In this document: piece by piece, positions 53,775 to 64,000 of the stretch
Layout of the letters: every line of letters begins with the position of its first letter
How positions within the stretch are numbered: position 1 is the first letter of the stretch
NCBI RefSeq assembly: GCF_006345805.1
Contig: NC_042997.1
Span: 59,520,001 to 59,584,000 of the forward strand
Length of the DNA: 64,000 nucleotides
Reading direction: 5' to 3'
Source of the DNA: Octopus sinensis
Lineage: Eukaryota
Made by a program: the position numbers and the translations under genes
The notes under the pieces: model-generated
Told to the model about the DNA's origin: nothing
Seen by the model: the letters and a program-made list of their open reading frames with translations, nothing else
Database searches by the model: none

Positions 53775-54100
53775 TAAAGAAGCTTGCTTCCCCACCACAT
53801 GGTTCTGCGTTCAGTCCCGCTGCTTGGCACCTTGGCCAAGTGTCCTCTACTATAGCCTCGGGCCGACCAAAACCTTGCGAGCGGATTTGGTAGACGGATC
53901 CCGAAAGAAGTCCTTCTCCATCGCTTGATTACCGGTGCCGGTATGTTTAAATCCTCGTAACTTATCGGTTCAGCAAATAGACCGATAGAATAAGTGCTGG
54001 GCTTAAAATAATGAAATAAGTCCTGGGGTCGATTCACTCAACTAAAAATTCATCTAAGTGGTCGCCCAGCATGGCTGCAGTCTAGTGACTGAAAGAAATA
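53775..54100 (+). mobile_element. SINE family A variant
   Basis: Same body and tail motifs. Confidence 0.85.
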
Positions 54101-54139
54101 AAAACAAAACACACACACACATGTTTGTATGTGTGTTTG

Positions 54140-54190
<51 letters not shown>

Positions 54191-54192
<2 letters not shown>

Positions 54193-54348
54193 GGAGTAAG
54201 CACATAAATGTGAAACAAGGTGGAAAAAAGAGTTCTCAAATATCAGAGGTAGATTAATATGCTTTATTTAAACAAAACTGTCCGTCGAACGGGAACGTGA
54301 AACTCTGAGTAACAAGCTTTTGTTATATTTCTACTGCTTTTAAATAAA

Positions 54349-54354
<6 letters not shown>
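54191..54354 (+). mobile_element. Penelope-like pLTR remnant with hammerhead motif (54279-54314) in (TA)n
   Basis: TGT-CCGTCGA-ACG ggaa CGT-GAAACTCTGAGTA-ACA; short flanking inverted repeat CTTTATTTAAA/TTTAAATAAAG. Confidence 0.55.
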
Positions 54355-54393
<39 letters not shown>

Positions 54394-54637
54394 CGATAGA
54401 CTTTCAGTTTTTCCTCTATCAAATACACCCACGGCTTTGTAGTGGAAGATTTATTGTTGAAGATACTTGCCTAAGAGGCCACTGAACCCGAAGCTATGTT
54501 GTGGGGAAGCAAACTTTTTTACCGTTGAGCTATGCCACCGATTATGGAAACAAAAGCAAAATAATTTTTTTCTCTACTATGGAAGCATCCCTGTATTGCC
54601 AATAAAGAAAATCAAGATAAATATGTATGGAAGACCC

Positions 54638-54721
<84 letters not shown>

Positions 54722-55220
54722 TGTGTATGTGTGTGTGTGCTTGTGGTCAGCTATTACAGAAGCTAATTATTTTACCACTATCGCAGACGTCAATTCAAAT
54801 AAATAATCAGTCAATAAGCGCATTTGATCTCGAGGCGGAACGCTTATCCTATAACCTTGGAATGCCATAGTTCTATTAGAAAAAAGGAAAAATAGCTGAT
54901 CTGCATTCTCGAAATTCAATCGATTAGAGATACCATGAGTATATGCAAACTTTTTAGAAGCTTCGGCTTTAACTGACGTTATTATTGTCAAGGCGCCAAT
55001 AAAAGAGTCTTGTTTCGTAGAGAGAGACTCTTGTTCTCTGAATCTCATTTAAGTACACAGAAGAGACGCACATACACACTGACATACACATACATAGGTT
55101 GAGAGTAGAGCTGTGACGTAAATGCATGGCACTAAAAACAACTGACAGTGGGTTGGGTGTCATACCAGGGTGCTGGCAAATGCTGAAAATTATACATACA
55201 TACATACATACATACATACA

Positions 55221-55251
<31 letters not shown>

Positions 55252-55400
55252 CTATATATATAATCCATACATCTGTATGTATATATGTGCGTGTTTATTT
55301 ACGCATATATACACATTTACATACACAAACACAGACAGATATACATATGTGTGTGTGTGTGCTCGAGTATATGTGAAAGGGAAAGAGCATGGGGGATAAG

Positions 55401-55455
<55 letters not shown>

Positions 55456-55629
55456 AGTGTGTTGCTGATGCTTTGTGGCTTATATGCAGGGAATGTGCGC
55501 GAAGTACGAAGTTCTGGTTTCCGCCATTGGGTAACAGTGCATAGATAAGGTAATACAGCTGAACGAGTGTTTCTCGCTTTCAAATATCTTTATCTTTTTT
55601 TAATTCTAATTGAGTTCAAGAAAGCGAAC

Positions 55630-55661
<32 letters not shown>

Positions 55662-55709
55662 TGGGGGATTAGAAAGGTGCAAAAAAGCAAGAAGGAACAA
55701 AGAAGAGAC

Positions 55710-55779
<70 letters not shown>
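55710..55779. repeat. (GATA)n microsatellite within a microsatellite-rich zone (53.2-57.5 kb)
   Basis: Directly visible. Confidence 0.95.
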
Positions 55780-55780
<1 letters not shown>

Positions 55781-56026
55781 ACTTGGAAAGGGGCTGATGG
55801 GAAGGAAGAAGCAGGCAAAGACTAGGGGGTATAAATAAGAGGAGGGAGTAGGAGAAAAAAGCAGGAGGGGTAGAGAGGAAGATAAAGAAAGAAGACAAAG
55901 AGAGGGGGACGGAGGATAAGAATGAGATATATGTGTATATACGAGAGTGGAAAGCATTATCCATTATAGAAGGAGGAATAGTATAGAGGAAAAGGGAAAT
56001 ATGTGGCTGATATAGAGAGCAGTGTG

Positions 56027-56345
56027 AAGGCGCGTGGCTTAGTGGTAAGGGCAATCGGCTCACAATCGTAAGCTCGTGCGTTCCATTCCCGGAAGCGCGT
56101 TGTGTCCTTGAGCAAGTCCCTTTATTTCACGTTGCTCCAGTCCACTCAGCTACCAAAAATGAGTAGTACCTGTATTTCGAAGGGCCAGCCTTGTCACACT
56201 CTGTGTCATGCTGAATCTCCCTGAGAACTACGTTAAGAGTACACGTGTCTGTGGAGTGCTCAGCCACTTGCACGTTAATTTTACAAGTAGGCCGTTCTGT
56301 TGATCAAATCAACTGGAATCCTCGTCGTAACCGACGGAATGCCAG
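56027..56345 (+). mobile_element. SINE family C copy (CORE-like domain)
   Basis: GGCGCGTGGCTTAGTGG head; TTGTGTCCTTGAGCAAGT; reverse copy at ~41620-41870. Confidence 0.85.
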
Positions 56346-56974
56346 TTTATAGAGAACGGTAGAGAAATGAATATTGAATTATTAAATAGTCTAAGAAAGA
56401 TAAACAGAAGAAGAGAGAAATGGAGAATAGGAAATAAGAAGAGAAGATGAGAAAATTAAGGAGAATAAGAGAGAGATAAGTTGGAAAAGCAAACAGAAGA
56501 GATGAAAGAAAAGTGAATGAGAACCACAGGAACGAGAAAGGGAGTGAACGAAGAAATTTGTTGGAAGAAAGAGAATAAAATAAAAAGAAGATTAGAAATC
56601 GAGAGATGGAGAGAAGGGAGACAAATTATCTCGGTACATTCGAGTTCATTCGAGATAAGTCATGAGTTTACATGCGGTAAAAAGCTAAAAAAAAAAAAAG
56701 AGAAAAAGAAAAAAGATGGTGAGGTTCTCTATATCATTCTGTCTATCGTAGCCCTGAACCACCGTTGGCAAATTGCATTCATTTGCAAGATTTTAGTCTC
56801 AGCCTACTAGGCGCCAATCTGAAGCAGACGTAACAAATTTTCAGTTGAGTAAACTGGTACAACCAGGCATATAATGAAGTGCCTTGCTCAAAGAGACACA
56901 TGCCACTAGGTCCGAGCTGGGAATCGAGCTTTGATTGTGATTTCAACAGCATAATTTCTACCAAAGTGACAACA

Positions 56975-57046
<72 letters not shown>

Positions 57047-57182
57047 TCATTCTCAGACCAAGAGCAACGCCTCAAAACTTAAAACTTTAGGTTCTTCACT
57101 CCACTCACAAACTAAACTTACAGACAATAATATGGTGCGGTTACATTTCTCTACTTGCTACTAGTAGTAGACGTCTCCTTTC

Positions 57183-57245
<63 letters not shown>

Positions 57246-57407
57246 TTGGTTTGGCTCAGGTTCGGTCTTATTCCTAGTAGGATTTATGTGGGTAGTAGGT
57301 TACTACCTGTAATCTTAGGTATCCACAAGTTTTCAGCAGTCTTTCAAGTGCTTAGAACCCTCCTCATAATCCTTGCTGTCCCTAAGAGAGAAAGTTTCTG
57401 TAGGAGG

Positions 57408-57444
<37 letters not shown>

Positions 57445-58860
57445 TATTATTATTATTATTATTGTAACAGTTCTACTTAGTACTCTATTTCAATTTCCTT
57501 TATATTCTTCTTGATGCCTTCTGATTCTGTCCCCAAGAACCCAACAATAATTGGCACTATCTTCACCTTTTTCATTTTCCATAGCCGGGCTATTCCGTAC
57601 TTAAGAGGGTTGTATTTACTTATTTTTTCACCTTCCCTCCTGACTATCCGTGGGTCAAAAGGGCATGCAACATCAACTATATAACGCGTGTGTTGCGTCT
57701 TGTCAACCAGCACTAGGTCCGGTCTATTATGTTCTAGCACCTAATATGTTTGGATTGGGAAATCCCAGAGGATTTTGCTAATCTCCGACTCCGCCACTCT
57801 TTGGGGTTTGTACTCATACCACGTCTCGCCTCTCTCTAGCCCCCACTTTTTGCACAGTTTCTAGTGTAGCACTTTCGGTACCTGATCGTGTCGCCACAAC
57901 TTGTAATGGTTTTGGGCAAGTCTTGGTCATCCGTTCGTGATATAGGCAATAGTTTCATCCACTCTATTACAGATGCGGCACAGCTAAGAAACTTGCTCAT
58001 TCCTAAGGTTGACACTCCAGTTCGTGGCCAAAGCTTGGTCTCACACTATCAGTATAGTGCTCTCGGTTTCTTTTTGTTTTTAGTGTTCCTTTTTTCAACC
58101 AACCCCACCTATATTTTCCAGTAACTTCTGTTGTGGCTACATGGAATTGATTTTGTAGTCCTTTGTTGCGTAATTCTTTTTTATATCCCTTTTGTACTTC
58201 TTCCTTTGTTTTTCCTTTTTTTTCTTCTCTGCTTTCAATACTCCCTCATTCCTAACTGGCACTAGCAAGGTTTCATGACTTTGGGCTAGGTGCCTCAATT
58301 AAGCTCTCAAGCTCGATACGTACAGTCTTCCACATTTATCAGTCTCCTTCCTCCATTTGCTCTCTTCATGTATAAGTGATCAGTGTCTGCACGTGGATGA
58401 TGGGCTTCATGCATCGTTAGGAGCTTTCTTGACTCCTTGTTCATCTCCATTAGCTCCTCCTCTGTTCACTTCAGGTTTCCAGCGCTATACCGAACTATTG
58501 CGACTGCTCACGAGTTTATTGCCGAAATTATGTTTCTGGCATTCAGCTTTGAAGCTAATATTTTTCTCAATCGCCGCAGGTACTCTCTTTTTGTCTTTTC
58601 CTTCAAGTCATTGTGTTTAATTCCATCTGCTTCGAGTATTCCCATATATTTATAGCTGAATTGAGGTTGAATTGCCTTCGTCATTTCACCACTTGGCAAC
58701 CATATGCCCTCTGTCCTGACAAGCTTTCCTCGTCAAATCATTATCGTAGCACATTTTGACAGCCCAAACTCCATCTTAATATCATTGGAGAAAATCCGCG
58801 CAGACTGGACTAGGCTGTCCAGTTCTACTTCACTTTTTGTGAATAACTTCAAGTCGTCAG
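57246..58860 (-). mobile_element. R4/Dong-clade LINE remnant (RT C-terminus to RLE) in (TAA)n
   Basis: YKYMGILEAD..EYLRRLRKILASKLNARNIISAINS; HNRPDLVLVDK..IVDVACPFD..EKISKY..IVPIIVG; 3' end abuts (TAA)n. Confidence 0.88.
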
Positions 58861-59441
58861 TTTTCCCTTACCTCGTCCCAGATCATACCCCAACTTTATT
58901 TTCTGTAGTATTTCACTCAAGGAGATCATTCCCAGCACAAAGACCAGTGGGGACACAATTATTATTATTCACTCTGCGGGGCTTACATTGAGCCTATTGG
59001 ATCTTATCTTTGTATTAATCGGAATCTCACAGATCTTCCTTCCATTATTGGAATACTACGCTAACCAGGATCATATATATATATACATGAGCAAAACGCC
59101 CCCCGTCCAATGGACGGTACTGAGTTGTCAAACATTTAAACCAAATTTTCTCAAAATAACTTGTCTCAAAACAACTTGTCCCTTTGAGAAACACTGATTT
59201 AACCTAAATTTGAGACACCTACAAAAGAAGAAATAAAGATAGACTTTTTTCTATTCCAAACAAAACGAATTCCTACTGCTTTATCGATCGCATTCTCACC
59301 TGGAATCGATTTTTGTAATTTTTTCAAGACCTATACACGCCCTGATACCATCGGTATCTACATTTCAAATTTGAGCGCAATCGGATAGAGGATGCCCGAG
59401 ATCCTAGAAGCCAAACACACACACACAATGGATTTTATATA

Positions 59442-59533
<92 letters not shown>

Positions 59534-59608
59534 AAATATTAGGGAATAAATCCAAACTTACAGGGGAAAATCAGATTTAGGATTGAATCCAATTTTATAG
59601 TAAAATAT

Positions 59609-59937
59609 TATATTATATTAAATTAGAGATAAAACCACTATTAGGTAAATCATACAATGAAAAACTTAAGCCAATACATAAGATTAATTAATTTATATTA
59701 TTTAAATATATATCGAGGTTTAATCGCCAAGTTAAATATGTAAACCACCTGAAGAATGACTGTAACTCGAAAATTTTAAGAATTGAACAGCCATGAAACG
59801 ATCGTAGTGTTATATTAATTATCTTTTTTAATAATTTTGATATATATTTAAATAATATAAATTAATTAATCTTATGTATTGGCTTAAGTTTTTCATTGTA
59901 TGATTTGCTTAATAGTGGTTTTATCTCTAATTTAATA

Positions 59938-59944
<7 letters not shown>
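59609..59944. mobile_element. Penelope-like inverted pLTR remnant: ~106-bp inverted arms around a hammerhead
   Basis: Arms 59609-59714 / 59839-59944; CTGAAGA 59749-59755, stem II ATGACTGT/ACAGCCAT, GAAACGATCGTA. Confidence 0.7.
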
Positions 59945-59977
<33 letters not shown>

Positions 59978-61463
59978 CGGTGCCCTAGCATGGCCACAGC
60001 TCATGAGCTGAAAAAAAAAAATCAAAAATCAATATATATATATATAATATATATATATATCCGGTCTTCCCTGTGTAGATTTCTATGTCTTGGATTCGTA
60101 CTTGCATTATATTTAATTTAATTTAAAACTTTTTTCGTGAACGAAAATCTTAACTGTATATCTTATCATCTTCTCCAAGTACCGAAGGTTTTATCATTTT
60201 CTAATACTCTCTGACGAATTCTTAAGTGAAAGAAATAGAGCTGGTCCTTGTAAAAGTCATTATGTATGATTATAGTTGAGAGTGTGTGTGAGCGAGTGTG
60301 TGTGCATCTATGTGTGTGTGTGTGTGTGTTTGTGTATAGATGATTGATACATAGGGAGAGGGGGGAAGAGAGACATGCATATGTACATTTACGTAACATA
60401 CACACCCAAATAAAGTATATGATATTAACAGCAATTATATTCCTCTTACTGCGTTATCTGAAAACAAATTCCTTACTCAACATTTACAATCTTCATCAAT
60501 TGATAAATTTATAACGTCACATCCTGATAAACCAGATTGGCTATATCAAGGAACTGAAATACTCTGAACGCAGTGGTTTATCTATTCGGTACTGATTTGC
60601 AAAAGTTCCGGTAAAGGCTGATTAGTTACTTGGGAAAGCAGCAATTAATTAATTTAGTAATGTTCATTTCTAACTTTATATCCTGTAAATGCTAGTTTTA
60701 ACAGGAACAAAAATTTGAAATGACTCAAATCACACCAACTAACATTATGAATGAATCTCATGACCCTTATGAATCATAAGGGCATTCATTGAAGCTTTCG
60801 TATGGCTAACCTTTTGCCTGTCCTGTGTATCATATGTGATACATAGGACATATTTCACTGGCAACCATGCATCCCATATGATAAACATTCCCATTTTTTT
60901 AACTTGGGACTTAAGAAAGGAAAGCTTTGTATTACTCAAAACGTATGAAACAAGGGTTAACTCAGTTTGAAAACAAGCACTGACGTTAAGGACTAACTTA
61001 TAAAAATACTTGGACTGGTAAAGGGTTAATGAAGTTTGTTTTTGCCAAGGCTGATATTGCTGTGTGGTTACGTTGTTAACTTTGTGGTTACATGTTTTCG
61101 GGTTCAATCCCACTATACGTCATTTAAGACAAGTGTCTTCTACTATAGATTCGGATCGACCAAAGCCTTGTGAATGACACTTGGGAACTGTGTAAAAACC
61201 TTTTGGAGGACTCGCTCCTATTCTTGAGCAGTAGACTTAATCTGTCAACTGGTTTAGTAGTTCCCCATCACCACTACAAGAGATAGGTTATTTTTCAGGA
61301 TACGACTATATACATCACTCTTCACAAGCCAGTGTGGGAACATCTACACAATGGCTCGATCTCTTAGACACGGTAGCTGAATTTCCCTCAAATCACACCT
61401 TGTCAAGTTACAAAGGAAAAGCACATTAGACACTGTAGTTACCAATATATATATATATAATAT

Positions 61464-61557
<94 letters not shown>

Positions 61558-61630
61558 GCGTTATATTAATACATCTGTTTGTTTTGTACACCACCTGTCT
61601 TCGTCTTTTGGTTTTTTCGTAAACTCTCCC

Positions 61631-61694
<64 letters not shown>

Positions 61695-61854
61695 GTATTA
61701 TGTATGTATGTATGTATGTATGTATGTATGTATGTATGTATGTATGTATATGTACAGTAAATCCAAAATTGAACAAATACATAAAATAAACGACAACGCG
61801 AGGACGTGATACATGTAATATATCAACAGACGCTCAGGAAAGGAAAGAAAGATG

Positions 61855-61890
61855 GTTTAACGTTTCGAGCAGACGCTCTTCTTCGGAAAC
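61855..61890 (-). ncRNA. Penelope-type minimal hammerhead remnant
   Basis: GTTT-CCGAAGA-A-GAGC gtct GCTC-GAAACGTT-AAAC; same family as 47438. Confidence 0.6.
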
Positions 61891-62309
61891 AGAGGGAAGA
61901 CGGGGGAAGAAAATCGCCAACGATTCATGTGGTTACATTTTGAAATGACCAGAAGAGAATGGGTGAAGAAAAAATTATTTCTAAGACAGGAGAGTGTAAG
62001 AGAAGGAAGTATGTGTGGGTATGTGCGTGCAGGTCTGTGTGTGTGTGTGTGTGTGGTTTTGGCTGTTTATATGTGTATGTGTGAGTGAACTTTGTGTCGC
62101 TTACTGTTGTAGGAAGAATTTAGTAGTAGGAGCGGCTGTCTTTTGTGTAGCGTGTTTCTCACATGTGCGTAGGGGAGTGGTCAGTACAAAGGTGTTTCAC
62201 TGGCAGTTTGAAGTATGTGTGTGCGTGTGTATGTACGTGTGTGCGTGTATGTATATGTTCTGTGTGTAGTGTGTGCATGCGCGTGTGTTTGTGCGTGTAT
62301 GTGTGCGTT

Positions 62310-62470
62310 CCCCCAATTTTTTAGCTTCCTTCACTTTTCTACCACAACGATGACATGGTGGAACATTTTCTTCATCTAAAAGGTCATTTCTTCGTAAAAA
62401 TGCAACTGTCTTCGTCTTAGAAATTGAAAAGTAAACTAAAACGTTACCTAAAGTAATCGCCCTTAAGTTG
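62310..62470 (-). mobile_element. Possible Merlin/ISXO2-like transposase N-terminal zinc-ribbon fragment
   Basis: AFLRRNDLL..PPCHRCG. Confidence 0.35.
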
Positions 62471-62539
62471 TTGATCACACCCCAAAGAAGCACCGGATAC
62501 TGTTTATGAAATACTGGTTTCATACTTTAACACAAGACA

Positions 62540-63080
62540 AGCAATTTTAGGGGAGGAGTGAGTCGTTTATATCGGCCCCAGTGTTCAACTTTTTTTTATC
62601 GACCACAAAAGGATGAAAGGCAAAGTCGACCTCGGCGGAATTTGAACTCAGAACAGAGCAGCGGACGAAATACCTATGTTTTTACTACCCACAAGGGGCT
62701 AAACACAGAGAGGACAAACAAGGACAGACAAACGGTTTAAGTCGATTACATCGACCCCAGTGCGTAACTGGTACTTATTTAATCGACCCCAAAAGGATGA
62801 AAGGCAAAGTCGACCTCGGCGGAATTTGAACTCAGAACGTAGCGGCAGACGAAATACCTATTTCTTTATTACCCACAGGGGGCCAAACACAGAGGGGACA
62901 AACAAGGACAGACATAGGTATTAAGTCGATTACATCGACCCCAGTGCGTAACTGGTACTTAATTTATCGACCCCGAAAGGATGAAAGGCAAAGTCGACCT
63001 CGGCGGAATTTGAACTCAGAACGTAGCGGCAGACGAAATACCGGTAAGCATTTCGCCCGACGTGCTAACGCTTCTGCCAG
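62540..63080 (-). mobile_element. SINE family B head-to-tail array (three ~180-bp units)
   Basis: Three near-identical copies of AAGGATGAAAGGCAAAGTCGACCTCGGCGGAATTTGAACTCAGAAC. Confidence 0.9.
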
Positions 63081-64000
63081 CGACTGGTGGAAAAGACTGT
63101 GACGATGTCCCTACGACTCCATCAGGAGTTGGAAGGTTTCAAATAAAAGCAAGGCAATTTATTTCTAGACGAATATGCATCTTTCCTTTATAAAGATGGC
63201 TAGATGTGATATGAAAGAAACTTGGTTGCTAATTCAAGCATTAAAAAAAAAATTTTATCTAGCTATAATCACAAGAAATATTTCTTAAATTCTGTGTGAA
63301 AGAATATATTAAAGCTTTCAAAAACTAAGATACTCGGTTCTTTGACTAAAGAATGAGTAAAATAATAAAGATCGTTACACTGCAAGATCGACTTGTTTCG
63401 CGAAAGGAATTTATTTAAAAAACTGGACGTCAATAACTTTCGTACAAAATGTTCATGATGAAACTTAAGTATGCGCCAAGGAAGGTCTCTTGAGAATAAG
63501 ATGTAAAGTATTTGGATAAAAAGAGATAAAAATCAAAATTTAACCTAATTTATTTTATAATCTTTTTAATTTTTTCTCATATTTATTTTTATTTTGTAGT
63601 TCATGTCTATTTTTAATCTTTCCAAACGGGAAGTAAATTTGTTACTACCATTAGTTTCGCAGTAGGAACAGTGTTAATAATAGCGTTTAAATATGCATAC
63701 ATCGTTGAAAGTGAGATTTTATACGGTTTGAACTTTTAGATGATGCATAAATTGTCAGAAAATACTTATTGAGAGAAAATCAGTGGAAATCATTTGAAGA
63801 AATATTTCATAAACAGTAGCAGTTGCTGATTTTAACATGTAATTTGAATCAGATAATCAAGTTATTATAATGAAGCGAACCATAAGATGTAATAAGCACT
63901 AATTTCTACATAAATATTGTAATTCAACGCATTGTTTATGAAATCATCTGGGAGTAAAAGGGATTCTAAAACCACTAATTGACCCCACTAATTGGTTAAT

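Noticed and set aside
62540-63080. CRISPR-like array
   Set aside because: Units are wholly repeated SINE sequence with no unique spacers or cas genes; eukaryotic context
1-64000. Fanzor/TnpB, viral or other intact enzymatic system
   Set aside because: No ORF over ~200 aa and no RuvC, integrase or capsid motifs recognised; all transposases are decayed

Overview
AT-rich, repeat-dense eukaryotic DNA, most consistent with an octopus (coleoid cephalopod) genome, judged from its tRNA-derived SINE families and (TA)n/(TACA)n/(CA)n microsatellites. There is no intact long ORF; most ORF-track entries are microsatellite or SINE artefacts. The window holds many decayed transposons: Tc1/mariner, Tigger/pogo, hAT, Chapaev3-like, Merlin-like, Helitrons, RTE, CR1/L2-group, Jockey-like and R4/Dong LINEs, Penelope-like remnants with minimal hammerhead ribozymes, and MITEs. 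The main non-repeat signal is a chain of about 16 minus-strand (pseudo)exons at ~15.0-33.7 kb. By eye their translations align collinearly with the C2-domain/coiled-coil protein CCDC33 but carry many stops and frameshifts, suggesting an intron-containing pseudogene. Just 5' of it lie a candidate ATG-bearing first exon (39032-39103) and a switch from CpG-depleted to CpG-retaining DNA at ~37-38 kb. Other notable items are a near-perfect 265-bp inverted repeat (11.67-12.27 kb) and a SINE/LINE shared 3' tail with a covarying hairpin. All protein assignments are from recalled family motifs, not database searches.
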